Source: an uncultured Planctomycetaceae bacterium
GTDB lineage: Bacteria; Planctomycetota; Planctomycetia; Isosphaerales; Isosphaeraceae
Direction of reading: 5' to 3'
NCBI GenBank assembly: GCA_963833985.1
Contig: CAWIAD010000002.1
Span: 5,344,001 to 5,408,000, forward strand
Length of the DNA: 64,000 bases
Positions 29,568-41,065 of this stretch are shown one piece after another. Each line of letters opens with the position of its first letter. Within the stretch, counting starts at the first letter, position 1. A program made the position numbers and the translations under genes. The notes beneath the pieces were generated by a model. That model worked only from the letters and a program-made list of their open reading frames with translations, made no database searches and was not told the origin of the DNA.

Positions 29568-30860
29568 TCACGCCAGCAGGGCCTCCACCGCCTTGCCGGT
29601 CGGATCGGCAAGCTGGATGGAGCGGCCGTCGGCCTCGAACGATTCGGTCGGGTCCAGGCCCACGGCGCGGAGGTAGGTGTGGAACAGGTCGCCCCCGCTC
29701 ACCTGGTGGTCGACGACCTCGGTGCCGTTGGCGTTCGTCTCGCCCACGACGTTGCCGGGCTTGACCCCCGCGCCCGCCATGCAGACCGACCACGCGGTGC
29801 CCCAGTGGTCGCGGCCGTAGAGGTGGTTGATCTGCGGCGTGCGGCCGAACTCGGACATGACCACGACCAGCGTGTGCCGCAGCAGCCCCCGCGCGGCCAG
29901 GTCCTCGATGAGCGCGGCGAACGAGACGTCGAACTCGCCCACCTGTTCCAGGTGAAAATCAAAGTTTTCGTTATGGGTGTCGTAGTTGGAATGCGTGACC
30001 TGCACGAACGTGGCGCCCGCTTCCAGCAGCCGGCGGGCCAGCAGGCAATGGCGGCCGAAGTCGTGCGTACCGTAGCGGTCGAGCTCCTTCGCCGGTTCCC
30101 TGGAGACGTCGAAGACGTCGCGCCGGGACATCAGCTTCTGGGCCTGGTCAAAGGTGGTGGTGTAGGCTTCGGTCTCCGCCGTGCGCCGGCGGCGGGCGAA
30201 GCGGTCGCTGGCGTGCATCCGGATGGCTTGCCGGCCCGCCGCCCCCAGGGCCGAGAGTGCGGGGTCGGCCGCCGTGTTGGCCGGGGCATGGCCGTTGCCC
30301 AGGTACAGCGGGTTGTAGCGCGGGCCGAGATAGGCCGCCTCGCTTGAGCCGCGGCCGCCCCCGCCGGGCGTGATGTGGATGTAGCCGGGCAGCGGGTTGG
30401 CGTCATCGCCGAGGTAGCGCGCCATGACCGAGCCAATGTGCGGATACACGAGCGCCGGGGTGAGCGGCCGCCCCGTGTGCATCAGGTACGTGCCCTTGTT
30501 ATGGTCGTTCTCCTTTGTGTTGATGCTCCGCAACAGGGCCAGGTGGTGCATCTGCCTGGCGGTCCTGGGCAGCAACTCGGAGATCCGCACGCCCGGGACC
30601 GAGGTCTCGATGGACCGGAACGGCCCGCCGGTGTCGGTCCTGGGCTTCGGGTCCCAGGTCTCGAGCTGGCTGGCACCGCCGGCCAGCCACACCACGAGCA
30701 CCTGGCGCTCCTTGCCTTGGAGCTCGGCCGAGATCGCCGGTGTGGTGAACCCGGAGAACCCGAGGCCGAGGCCGGCTCCCAGGCCCGCGCCCACCGTCCC
30801 CAGGAATTGCCGGCGCGAGAGCAGGTGCTCCGCCGAGTTGCAGGCATAGGTGCACTTCAT
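29568..30860 (-). CDS. DUF1501 family protein
   Basis: SRRQFL twin-arginine-like start, GGASQLETWDPKP, LLARRLLEAG, MSEFGRTP and GRDHW. Confidence 0.93.
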   Translation of the reverse strand: MKCTYACNSAEHLLSRRQFLGTVGAGLGAGLGLGFSGFTTPAISAELQGKERQVLVVWLAGGASQLETWDPKPRTDTGGPFRSIETSVPGVRISELLPRTARQMHHLALLRSINTKENDHNKGTYLMHTGRPLTPALVYPHIGSVMARYLGDDANPLPGYIHITPGGGGRGSSEAAYLGPRYNPLYLGNGHAPANTAADPALSALGAAGRQAIRMHASDRFARRRRTAETEAYTTTFDQAQKLMSRRDVFDVSREPAKELDRYGTHDFGRHCLLARRLLEAGATFVQVTHSNYDTHNENFDFHLEQVGEFDVSFAALIEDLAARGLLRHTLVVVMSEFGRTPQINHLYGRDHWGTAWSVCMAGAGVKPGNVVGETNANGTEVVDHQVSGGDLFHTYLRAVGLDPTESFEADGRSIQLADPTGKAVEALLA

Positions 30861-30902
30861 GGGTGGTGTCCTGAAAGCTTGAGTGAGCGGGGCCTGGATC
30901 GA

Positions 30903-32728
30903 TCAGTGGTTGAACCGGAACTCGGACGAGGTCAGCAGTCCCCAGGCCAGCTCGGAGAGGGCGGCGGAACGCTCCTTGCCGGCGCGGCTGGCCAGGTAGC
31001 TGGCGACCTCGGCGCGCTCGTCGGCGGTGGGCCGGCGGAGAGGATGCCGAGGTAAAGCTCCTCGGCGACGGCGGTGGCGTCCGCCAGCGCCGCGGCGCGG
31101 CCGATCAGCCAGCCGGCGTGCGGGGCCAGCCACGCGCGGACGGGCTGGCCATTGCTCAGGAAGAGCGCCTGGTCCACTGTCGCGGTGCCTTCCACGGACT
31201 CCTGCGGCTGCCCCTGCACGCCGCCGAAGTGGCTCACGAAGGAACGCACGTTCGGCTCCAGCCGGACGAAGACCTTCTCTTCCAGGACCGCCTCGCGGAG
31301 CGCCTTGCGTTTCGCGTCGAGGCTGAGGATGGCCTTCATTCGCGGGTCCGCGCCGTCGAGCTGCCAGGCGGCTTCGGTGCGCGTGGCGTCCAGCAGTCCC
31401 ACGGCCTGCATGACGCTCCAGGCCAGGGGCTCCGGCGCCAGGGGCCGCAGCGTGGCCACGGCAAAGCGGCCCGGTTCGCTCAGCTCCGGGCGGCAATCCG
31501 GCGGCGGCTCGCTGCTGCGCGCGTAGGCCCGCGTCAGCACCAGCTCGCGGATGAAGGCCTTCAGGTCGTAGTGCATGGCCGCCAGCTCACCGGCCAGCAG
31601 GTCCATGAGCTCGGGGTTCGACGGCGGGTTGTCCTTGTGGTGCAGGTCCACCGGGTGCACGATGCCGCGGCCGAAGACCAGCGCCCAGAGCCGGTTGGCG
31701 ATGTTGCGGGCGAAGGCCGGCGTGCCCGGTCCGGTCAGGCTTGGACCAAGGAGCGCCCGGCGGCTGTAGGCCGGCACGGGTGGGACCTGGCCATTCGGGT
31801 CCGGCGGGATCAGGTACTCTTGCCCTTTCAGGATCGCGGGCTCGGCCAGGGGCGGTCCGCCCAGCACGCGCGGGCCGGTCTTCTTGATCACCTTCTTCTT
31901 GAAGACCGAGCTGAAGGTCACCTCGCCGTCGGCCTTCTCGCCCAGCACGGCCACCGACCCCGGCTTGATCGAGCCGTCGGCCTGCTTGCCATTGAGGATC
32001 ACCGTGCGGCTGACGAAGGCGTAGAGGCCGTAGTAGTCTTGCTGGCTGTAGCCGTCGATGAGCGGGTGGTCGTGGCACTGGCAGCACTGGAGATCGACGC
32101 CCAGGAAGAGCCGGCCCAGGTCGCGGGTGATGAGGTTCGGGTCCCCCTCGCGGGCCAGCAGGAAACGGGCGACCGGCCGCGTGGCCGGATCGGTGCCGTC
32201 GGCCGCCAGGATCTGCCGCACCAGCACGTCGTAAGGCCGGTTCTCGGCGAACGCCTGGTGCAGGAACTCGCTCCAGGGTTTGGCCTCCACGAACAGGTCG
32301 GGCCTGCGCTCCATGAGCATGACGTCGAAGACCTGCTGCATGCGCCGGGCGTACAGCGGGGACGAGAGCAGCCGGTCCACCAGCGCCTGCCGCTTGTAGG
32401 GCGTGGGGTCGTCCAGGAAGTCGCGTGCCTCGTCCGCGCCGGGAATCATGCCGGCCAGGTCGAGCCAGGCGCGGCGCAGGAACTCGCCGTCGGTCGCCGG
32501 AGCGGCCGGCGCCTGCCCCGGCAGCTCACGCGCCAGCTTCGCCTCGATGAGCCGATCGATCCGCTCGTGCAAGGGCACGGCCGCCGGCGCGCTTTCTGAC
32601 ACAGGGCCGGCCGCCGCCCACGACGCCAGCACGGCCGGGCCAGGGGTCAGGGCCAGGGCCAGGGCCAGAATCCTCACCAGGGCCGGCGCCGGAACGGGCC
32701 GCGTTTGCCTTCGGGGTGTCGTGCTCAT
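30903..32728 (-). CDS. DUF1549/DUF1553 (PSCyt2/PSD1) protein (frameshift near 31040)
   Basis: EFLRRAWLDL, CCQCHDHP, NRLWALVFGRGIV and NPPSNPEL; C-terminus LLTSSEFRFNH in another frame. Confidence 0.9.
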
Positions 32729-32783
32729 GATGCACCCTCATGTGGCATGCAGGTTCGCAACGCGATGTTCATCGGTTGTTAAA

Positions 32784-33884
32784 CTAGTGTCCTGAGTTAG
32801 AAGTTCGCTCACAAACACTCGTCACTCGATCTAAGATCATATCAGCATCTGCCGTCCATACGAAAGGCTTGGGATTTACGTTGTGTTTTGCCAGGAATTC
32901 ATGGATCGCCTGTTCCAACGCCGCCACGCTCCGGAATACTCCACGGCGAATTCGCTTCTCGGTAATCTCCGCGAAGAATCGTTCAACCTGGTTCAGCCAA
33001 GAGCCGCTGGTGGGAGTGAAATGCAGATGATACTCGGGATGGCGAGCGAACCACCGCTTCACGGCTGGAGCTTTGTGTGTGCCGTAGTTGTCCATGACGA
33101 GGTGAATCTCGACGCCTGGTGCTTTGGCGATCTGGCTATCGATCTCGTTGAGGAATTTGAGGAATTCTTGTTGTCGATGGCGACGGTAGCATTTGCCAAT
33201 CACACGACCTGTCGCGACGTCCAAGGCGGCGAACAGCGAAGTCGTCCCATTGCGTACATAATCCGGAGTTCGCCTCTCCGCCTGGCCAGGCCCCATGGGA
33301 AGCAACGGCTGGGTACGGTCCAACGCTTGCACCTGGCTCTTCTCGTCGATGCTCAAGACGATAGCGCGCTCCGGCGGGCTCATATACAACCCGACGATGT
33401 CGCGGACCTTCTCGATGAAAAAGGGGTCCGTGGAAAGCTTGAACGTCTCGCTGCGGTGAGGCTTCAACTCGAACGCTCGCCAGATACGCGAGATCGCTGT
33501 CTGAGACAAGCCGACGGCTTCCGCCATGCCCCGAGTGCTCCAATGCGTGGCGGCCTTGGGTTTCTCCTCCAGAGTCTTGGTCACAACGGCCTCGACCATT
33601 GCGTCCGTGATTTTGCAGGGCGCCCCCGGCCTTGGCTCGTCGGACAGGCCGTCGAGACGATCGAGGAGGAAACGTTTCCGCCATTTCCCGACCGTCACGA
33701 CATTCACCCGGAGCTGTGCGGCGACTTCCTGATTATCGAAACCTTGAGCGCAAGCCAAGATGATCCGCGAACGGAGGGCGAGACGCTGGCTGGTCTTGGG
33801 CCGGCGCGACCACGCTTCGAGTTTCTGGCGCTCGACATCATTCAAAGTGAGAGTAGCCTTGGGGCGACCACCTTTATTCATCAT
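32784..33884 (-). CDS. IS630 transposase
   Basis: [15 protein letters not shown] and [13 protein letters not shown] motifs; stop codon is formed at the target TA. Confidence 0.95.
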   Translation of the reverse strand: MMNKGGRPKATLTLNDVERQKLEAWSRRPKTSQRLALRSRIILACAQGFDNQEVAAQLRVNVVTVGKWRKRFLLDRLDGLSDEPRPGAPCKITDAMVEAVVTKTLEEKPKAATHWSTRGMAEAVGLSQTAISRIWRAFELKPHRSETFKLSTDPFFIEKVRDIVGLYMSPPERAIVLSIDEKSQVQALDRTQPLLPMGPGQAERRTPDYVRNGTTSLFAALDVATGRVIGKCYRRHRQQEFLKFLNEIDSQIAKAPGVEIHLVMDNYGTHKAPAVKRWFARHPEYHLHFTPTSGSWLNQVERFFAEITEKRIRRGVFRSVAALEQAIHEFLAKHNVNPKPFVWTADADMILDRVTSVCERTSNSGH

Positions 33885-33959
33885 AAATCTCCTTTGAGAG
33901 ATTATATGACGAATACATGATAAGTCAAGGTTATTTGGCGAATTTGTAACTCAGGACAC
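32787..33959 (-). mobile_element. IS630 family insertion sequence
   Basis: 22-bp IRs (GTGTCCTGAGTTAGAAGTTCGC, 20/22 match) flanked by duplicated TA within CTAG; lower GC than surroundings. Confidence 0.95.
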
Positions 33960-34106
33960 TAGCGAGCGCCCGGGGAGCAATCAACCCGATTTTTGAAGAA
34001 TTGTTTGAGAATCTGCTCGGGTGCAAATGCCGAGGGGCGTGCCTGGCCGATGATGCCGGGCACGCCCCTGGTGGTCCGCTTGCGCGGAATCGTATGCATG
34101 TTCCGA

Positions 34107-34460
34107 TCAGCAGTCGATCATTTCGACCCGATGGCGGAGCGAGCTCACGTACGGGAGCATGGGGAGCAGTTGCTGCGTCTGGAGCTCCGCCTCGAGACGG
34201 CGCAGGGCGACACGCAGCTCGTGCAGCTCGGCCCGCAGCGACTCGTCTCGGTGCTGCAACGAATTCTTGAGCGCCCTGTCGGCGCGGACGGCCAGGGAGC
34301 GCAGCGACACGGCCAGGTCGGCCGGGTCCGTTCCAGGCTCGGAGTCGTGCCGCAACACGCGGCCGTTGTGCGCGTGCGCGTGGCCGTGCGTCGCGGCGGT
34401 GTTGGTGTTCGTGTTCGTATTGGTGGTTCGGTGTGTTCGCTTGGAAAGTGTATGGGTCAT
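34107..34460 (-). CDS. Hypothetical protein with low-complexity TN/HA repeats and coiled coil
   Basis: AAGGAGG RBS before ATG at 34460. Confidence 0.55.
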   Translation of the reverse strand: MTHTLSKRTHRTTNTNTNTNTAATHGHAHAHNGRVLRHDSEPGTDPADLAVSLRSLAVRADRALKNSLQHRDESLRAELHELRVALRRLEAELQTQQLLPMLPYVSSLRHRVEMIDC

Positions 34461-34911
34461 GGCTCGACCTCCTTGTTTCTCTCTCGTATTCCGCGTCAGC
34501 CTGGTCCCGACCGCGCTCCCGAGAGCGAGGCGGTGCGTCTTGGCCCCGGCGATCCGTACCATCGAGCCGACCGACGACTCACAGACACGCAACGCGTCGG
34601 TTTTGTTCGCTCGGGTATTCGCTGGTTGAGAAGGAAGCTTGAGGAAGGAATATGACGAAGCGGCTCACGGCCAGCGATCAAGGGTGGGAGAGTCCCGTTC
34701 CAGCAGCGTGATCGCCGGTCGGCTCTCACGCCGTCCCTATCCTATACGAAAAACGAATCATCGACAATTGTCAGATCCGGGCTTTCTTCAAAAGTTCTTC
34801 GGGCCGGAGCCACGAGGGGAAGACGCAACGGCTTGGTACGACGTTGTTTGTGCGCCTAGGTTCCGGCATCTCTGGCGACGGCGGACCAGGCCACGGCCCG
34901 GAACGGCCAGT

Positions 34912-35033
34912 CTGTCCATCCTGTCCATGGTACCTGGTCGGTATTTCATTTCAGTGGAGTGGGATGAGAGCGTTTTCAGGGTTCTCTACGTCTCCCGCGT
35001 AATTTGAGAAAAGACCGTGGACAGGGTGGACAG
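34912..35033. repeat. Imperfect 20-bp inverted repeat pair (REP/MITE-like)
   Basis: CTGTCCATCCTGTCCATGGT versus ACCGTGGACAGGGTGGACAG, 18/20; both mismatches are G-U compatible. Confidence 0.55.
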
Positions 35034-35163
35034 GAAAGGAGCGGAGACGAGGGGAGAGTCCGAATGGGGAACTCAAAGCCTTTCCATGGGAAATGCGAAA
35101 GAGGAACTCAAAGCCTGTACTATGGCGCATGGGGAATGAATGAATGGGACAGGCTCATCAGGC

Positions 35164-37164
35164 TCAGCGGCCGCTGGCCAGGCTCAGGGCGCCGGTTTGC
35201 TGCGCGTGCACCGCGGCGTAGTGGCCGGCGCGCGCCAGCAGCTCCTGGTGGGTGCCCTGCTCCACGATCCGGCCCCTGTCCAGTACCACGATGCGGTCGC
35301 ACCGGCGGACCGAGGAGATCTTGTGCGAGACGATCACGCAGGTGCGGCCGGGGAGGTGCCGGTCCAGCGCCTGCTGGATCCGCGTCTCGGTCTCGGCGTC
35401 CAGGGCGCTCGTGCAGTCGTCCAGCAGCAGTACCGCCGGCGCCGCCACGAACGTACGGGCGAGCGCCAGGCGTTGCCGCTGGCCGCCCGAGAGCGAATAA
35501 CCGCGCTCGCTGACCGGCGTCTCCAGGCCCTGGGGAAGAGAATCCACGAGCGTTGCCAGATCGGCAATCTCCAGCGCCTGGCGGATCTCGGCCGCGCTGG
35601 CATCGGGCCGGGCATAGAGCAGGTTCGAACGGATCGTCCCCTCGAACAGGAGCGCCTGCTGCGGCACCAGCGCCACGGCGCGGCGCAGGTCGGCCAGCTT
35701 CAGGTCGCGGATGTCCACGCCGTCGAGCCGGATCGAGCCCGCGGGCTGCGCGTCCGCGGCGCCGGGGTCGGGGTCGTCGGTCAGGTCGTAGAGCCGCTGG
35801 GCCAGCGCCATGAGCGTGCTCTTGCCCGCGCCGCTGGGGCCCAGCAAACCCACGCGCATGCCCGGCTCGATCCGCAGGTTCACACCCTGGAGCACCGGCG
35901 TGAGCGTCAGCGCGGGCGCGGGCGCGGGCGAAGTCAAAGCTGAGGGCGTGAGCATGAGCCGATCGGTCGCGGGACCGTTCCGGTCATGGTCTCTCCCCGT
36001 GCCCCCGGGCCGGCTGTACGCGAAGCGGACGTTGCGGAACTCCAGGGCGCCGCGGGCGTTCGTGACCGGGCGGGCGTCCGGGCGGTCGCGCACCGGCTCG
36101 GGCTCGTCGAAGACCTCGTAAAGCCGCTCGATGGAGACCTGCGTGGCCACGGCCGTGGCCTGAAACTGGGTGAGCCGGACAATCGGCGCGTAGAGCTGCG
36201 TGACCAGCGCGTAGAAGGCCAGCAGCGCGCCCACGGAGATGACGCCCCGGCCGACCAGGACCACGCCGTAGCTGATGACGAAGACGGTGCCCACCCCGCT
36301 GATGAGCGTGGCGAGCGCTCCCAGCGTGGCCGCGGCCCGGGTGTTGGCCCAGGAGAGTGCCCGGTGGGTGTCGATCCGCTCGTCCAGCGCGGCCAGCTCG
36401 GCGTCTTCCCGGGCGAACGACCGGACGACCCGCACGGCCGAGACCCGCTCGCTCAGGAGCGCGTACAGGGCCGAGATCTGGGCGCGGATCTCGTCGGAGA
36501 GCTTGCGGAGCCGGCCGAAGAAGTACCTCTGGTTCACCGCGTACAGCGGCACCACCACCAGGGCCACGAGCGCCAGCCGCCATTGCAGCCAGACCAGCAG
36601 GCCGGCGATGGCCAGCGAGAGGATCAAATCGCTGGCAAGCTGGATCACGCCACTGCGCAGGAACATGAGAATGCTGCCCACGTCGCTGGTCACGCGGGCC
36701 ATGATCCGCCCGGTCTGCTGGGCGTCGAAGTAGGCCATCGGCAGGCGCATCAGCTTGCGGTGCAATGCGCCGCGCAGGGCCACGACGACCTCCTGGCTGA
36801 TCCGCCCCATCACGGCCGCGGTCCACCAAGAGATCGCCGAGCGGGCCAGGTGCAAGGCCACGGTGCCGGCCAGGGCCAGGCCGATGGCCAGGGCCACCTC
36901 GCGCCGGGCCTGATCCGTTGCGCCCGCCGCGCCGGCTCCCGCGGCCGCCAGCGCCACCAGCCGGTCCAGAACCCAGCCCTGCAAGAGGGGCACCGGCAAG
37001 AGCAGCACCGACTGCACCAGCAGCCCCGCCAGCCCGATTCCGATCGCCCCGCGATAGGGCCGCAGGAAGTCGGCCTCCAGGCGGTGGAGCGAGGACGAGC
37101 GGGCCGCGTCGGCCGGCGGTCCGGGGTCAGTCATGGGTATGGTCCTGGGGCGGAGGATGGTCAT
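35164..37164 (-). CDS. ABC exporter, permease + ATPase
   Basis: TM domain, GPSGAGKS, LSGGQRQR and LLDDCTSALD (degenerate Walker B). Confidence 0.93.
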   Translation of the reverse strand: MTILRPRTIPMTDPGPPADAARSSSLHRLEADFLRPYRGAIGIGLAGLLVQSVLLLPVPLLQGWVLDRLVALAAAGAGAAGATDQARREVALAIGLALAGTVALHLARSAISWWTAAVMGRISQEVVVALRGALHRKLMRLPMAYFDAQQTGRIMARVTSDVGSILMFLRSGVIQLASDLILSLAIAGLLVWLQWRLALVALVVVPLYAVNQRYFFGRLRKLSDEIRAQISALYALLSERVSAVRVVRSFAREDAELAALDERIDTHRALSWANTRAAATLGALATLISGVGTVFVISYGVVLVGRGVISVGALLAFYALVTQLYAPIVRLTQFQATAVATQVSIERLYEVFDEPEPVRDRPDARPVTNARGALEFRNVRFAYSRPGGTGRDHDRNGPATDRLMLTPSALTSPAPAPALTLTPVLQGVNLRIEPGMRVGLLGPSGAGKSTLMALAQRLYDLTDDPDPGAADAQPAGSIRLDGVDIRDLKLADLRRAVALVPQQALLFEGTIRSNLLYARPDASAAEIRQALEIADLATLVDSLPQGLETPVSERGYSLSGGQRQRLALARTFVAAPAVLLLDDCTSALDAETETRIQQALDRHLPGRTCVIVSHKISSVRRCDRIVVLDRGRIVEQGTHQELLARAGHYAAVHAQQTGALSLASGR

Positions 37165-38357
37165 GGAGCTGCAAAGCCTCGAGCTTCGTCGTCCGGATCA
37201 TCGGTCTGGATCCTGCGGACGATTTCCTGAGCCAGGTAGATGCGGTTTCGGGCCTTGCCGGTGACCTCCACGAGGATGTTCCGAGCCTCGAAGTCCGCAA
37301 CCGCGAGACTTGCCGAACGGAAGGTCACCTGGAGCGCCCTGGCGACCTGGTTGACCGTGACCGCGGGTTGCTCGAAGAGCAGATCGACCAGGCGGCTTGC
37401 CGTTGCGGAGCGTGAGGAGGCCCGCACCGCTTCGTGATACTCTTGCCGCAGCGCCAGCAGGTCATGGGCGCGGCGGATCGCCTGCCGCGCCTGGCCGCTC
37501 ACGCCGGTGAGGAAGAAATCGATCCAGGCCGGCCACTCCCCGCGCTGGCTCACGGCCAGCAGCAGGTCCGTGTAGGTCTCGCGATGCCGCTCGAAATACG
37601 TGCTCAGGTAAAGCACCGGCTGGTCGAGCAATCTTCGTTCGCGGAGCAGCAGCGAGATGAGCAACCGTCCCACCCGTCCGTTGCCGTCCAGGAAGGGATG
37701 GATCGCCTCGAACTGGTAATGAATGAGCGCCAGGTCCACCAGGTCAGGCAAGCCGGACGGGCGGGCCAGGTACTTTTCCAGCGCGTCGAGCGCCGCGTGC
37801 ATCTCGATCACCGGCGGCGGCACGAAACGGGCTTCGGCCGGCGTCTGCCCGGCGCGGCCAATCATGTTCTGGCGGCTCCGGAACTGGCCGGGCATCTGGT
37901 CCTCGCCCCGGACTTCGGCCATGAGCCTCTCGTGCAGCTCACGCAGCAGCCGGAGCGACAGGGGAAGCTGCTCCAGCCGCTTCAGCCCGTAATTCAAGGA
38001 TTCAACATAATTTTTGACTTCCTGCGCGTCGTCGTCTTCCGCGGGCTGGCCCGAAGGCTCTGCCTCGAAGACGACGAGCTGCCTCAGGTCGGTGATGGTC
38101 CCTTCGATCCGGCTGGAAGCCACGGCTTCCCGGCGCACAAACGGGCCGATCAGCAGGTGCGGATTCGGCAGCATCCGGCCAATGCCCTTCAGCTCGCCCA
38201 GCGCCACCGCCGCGTCAGCGAGCCGGCGGATCGTCCCCATGTCCAGCACCAGGGCCGGAGGCAGCGGCTCTGGCACATAGGCGTAAAACTCCCCCTGGCT
38301 GCCGCTCTGGCGCACCAGCCGACCCGGTGCAGACGTCGCGAAATCCAGGGTTCTCAT
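37161..38357 (-). CDS. Fic family protein (Fic_N + Fic + wHTH)
   Basis: EAVASSRIEG and HPFLDGNGRVGR. Confidence 0.93.
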   Translation of the reverse strand: MRTLDFATSAPGRLVRQSGSQGEFYAYVPEPLPPALVLDMGTIRRLADAAVALGELKGIGRMLPNPHLLIGPFVRREAVASSRIEGTITDLRQLVVFEAEPSGQPAEDDDAQEVKNYVESLNYGLKRLEQLPLSLRLLRELHERLMAEVRGEDQMPGQFRSRQNMIGRAGQTPAEARFVPPPVIEMHAALDALEKYLARPSGLPDLVDLALIHYQFEAIHPFLDGNGRVGRLLISLLLRERRLLDQPVLYLSTYFERHRETYTDLLLAVSQRGEWPAWIDFFLTGVSGQARQAIRRAHDLLALRQEYHEAVRASSRSATASRLVDLLFEQPAVTVNQVARALQVTFRSASLAVADFEARNILVEVTGKARNRIYLAQEIVRRIQTDDPDDEARGFAAP

Positions 38358-38725
38358 TCTCAAGGAGTCCACTCCGCAGCCCAGCCTCGAATCAATCGTT
38401 GCACCCACTCATCACGTCACGCCACGACGGCCTCTTCGTCCCCGGAGACTCGCCCTCTCAGACCAATGATACTCCGAAGCTGAAAAGTACAATAAGATTC
38501 CCGCTATGATCGCCAGGTATCATGACCAACACCGTGATGATACTTTGGGCGAGAAAAGTACCATGACCAGACTCGATTCATCCATGCATGCCACCATACA
38601 GGTTTTCAAGTTTTCCCGGAATGCCATGTTTTCTTGAATGAGAAAAGAACCGAAATCAGGAAAACGTCTGACCGGGGCAGACGAGCCAGCGATGCGTGTC
38701 CTCATCCGCCTTGCGACTTACCGCT

Positions 38726-40550
38726 TCATGCACTCAATTGCCGGGCTCTGCGGGCCGGCTGCGGCTTGCGCGGGGCGGCGGATGGTGAGGGTGCCGGGGC
38801 CGGGTCGCCGAATTGCTTCTGGCAGAGGCGGCGGTAGAGGCCCGTGGCGTCGGCCAGAAGCTGGGCATGCGTGCCGGCCTGGACGACCAGCCCCCCTTCC
38901 ATGACGACGATGAGGTCGGCATCGACGGTGGTCGAGAGCCGGTGCGCGACGACAAACGACGTCCGGTCGCGCAGCAGGTTGGCGAGTGCCGCCTGGATGA
39001 GGGCTTCGCCGGCGGTGTCGAGCGAACTGGTGGCCTCGTCGAGCACGACCAGGGCGGGGTCCTTGCAGAGTGCCCGAGCGATCGCCAGCCGCTGCCGCTC
39101 GCCCTGGCTAAGCTTGAAGCCGCCCTCGCCCACCAGCGTGTTGTAGCCCTCGGGGAGGGCCTGGGCGAACGGGTGCACGAGGGCCGCGCGGGCGGCGGCC
39201 TCCACCTGGGCATCGCTCGCGTGCGAGGCTCCGTAGCGGATGTTGTCCGCCAGGCTGAGCCGGAAGACGACCGGGTCCTGGAGCACCACGCCGACCTGCT
39301 GCCGCAAGAGGCGGGTGGGCATGCGCTTGATGGGTACGCCGTCCAGGCGGATCTCGCCCCAGGTCGGGTCGTAGAACCGCAGGAGCAGGTTGACCAGCGT
39401 GCTCTTGCCGCAGCCGGTGGGGCCCACGAGCGCCACCTTCATGCCGGGCTCGACGTGGAGCCGGACATCCCAGATCACCGGCTGGTCGGGCAGATAACCG
39501 AAGCCGACGCGGTCGAACTCGACGCGCCCGCGGAGCTGCTCTCGACCCGCGCATCGGGGTAAGGCCAGCACCTCGGAGGCCGCGGGCTCGCGGACGTCCG
39601 CTTGCAGGTCCAGGATGTCGCCCAGCCGGGCCACGCTGGCCGCGGTCTGCTCGAACACGTAGGCCAGGTCGGCCAGCCGGGCCACGGGCCCGAAGACCAT
39701 CCCCGCCAGCGCCGCGGTGGACACCACCTGCCCGGGCGTGAGCCGGCCGCGCAGCACCTCGTACGCCCCCACCGCGAAGACCAGCGCCGTGCCCACGCCG
39801 CCAATCGCGCCGCTGATGTTCGCGAAGGCCGCGCCCAGGTTGCTCTCCTTCACCCGCGGCACGTGCGCATCGTCCAGTTGCATGGCGAAGTCGGCAATCT
39901 CCTCGGGCTCGCGGGCGTAGGCCTTGATCACGATCGTGCCGTCCAGCTTGGCCTTGAGGTTGCCGAAGAGCAGGTCCATCTTCTCGCGGATCACCGTGCT
40001 GGTGGCGCGGATCTGCTTCATGAAGTGGCGGAAGTTCACCGCGAAGAGCGGGGCGACGCCCAGCACCACCAGGGCCAGCCGCCAGTCGCGGGCCAGCAAC
40101 AGCGCCGAGATCGCCACGGTCGTCCCCAGGTCGGTCAGGATCGTGAATGTCTGGCTGGTGACGAAGACCTGGATCGCGCCCACGTCGTCCATCACCCGGG
40201 AGAGGATGGCACCGCTGGGCGTCTTGTCGTAATAGGCCATCGACAGCCGCTGGAGCCGTTCGTAAAGGCGGTGCCGGAGGTCGCGCACCACGCCCTGGCC
40301 AATCCGCCCGATGAGCAGGCTGTTCCCCAGCGCGAGCGCGGCCTGGAGCGCGAAGACCACCAGCAGCCCCAGCGCATAGAGCGGCAAGGCGGCCCACTGG
40401 CCGCGCAGTGACCACCCGGTCCACCAGTCCTTGAACGATCAGCGGTACGGGTAGGTTGCCCAGAGCCGCCAGCGTGGTCAACGCCAGCGCAATGCTCATC
40501 GACAACCGATACGGGGCAAGCCAGCCCGCGATCCGGCGAAGTGTATCCAC
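38726..40550 (-). CDS. ABC exporter, permease + ATPase (frameshift near 40400)
   Basis: GPTGCGKS, LSQGERQR and LDEATSSLD; N-terminal TM portion lies in the 39108..40823 frame. Confidence 0.9.
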
Positions 40551-40739
40551 AGCGCACAACCCCCTCCTCCGTGGCTGGGGAGCTCCTCTTCTGCGAGACT
40601 GGATCAGAGCATCCGGAGAGCTGACGTGGCGGCCCCGGATTTCATCCTCCACATGTAGTGTAGACAATCGCCCCGGTCCTACCAAGCGTGTTCTGCCAGA
40701 TGGTGCACTCAGCGGCGCCAGGGCCTGGCCGCCCCCATC

Positions 40740-40915
40740 TCGTGGAACACGATTCCAGGCGATACCCGCGGCGGTTATAACTCTTGACCCCCATCTCGTG
40801 GGACACGATTCCAATCTTGTCATGACGTAATAAGTTCATGATAACGCTGTTTAACGAATAGAGAGGGTTATCAGAGAAATACAAGCGACAAGATTGGTAT
40901 CTTGCCCCACGGGGG
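40740..40915. repeat. Cluster of GACACGAT-family repeats
   Basis: CGTGGAACACGATTCCA, CGTGGGACACGATTCCAATCTTGTC and GACAAGATTGGTATCTTGCCCCAC. Confidence 0.75.
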
Positions 40916-41065
40916 AGGCTTGCGGGGCCATGGGGGGGGGCGGACCGGCGGTAGCGGCCGGCCGGCTGGCGGTGGCTTGCCTGCGCGTCTGGCAGGTGGG
41001 ACACTTGGGGTTCCTGCCGCACTCCATTCCAGACCTGTAACCTTCCCACCCAGGACAGCACTCCC

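Noticed and set aside
29408..29793. ORFs with (DQIRS)n repeats
   Set aside because: Translation of the microsatellite in frames overlapping real genes.
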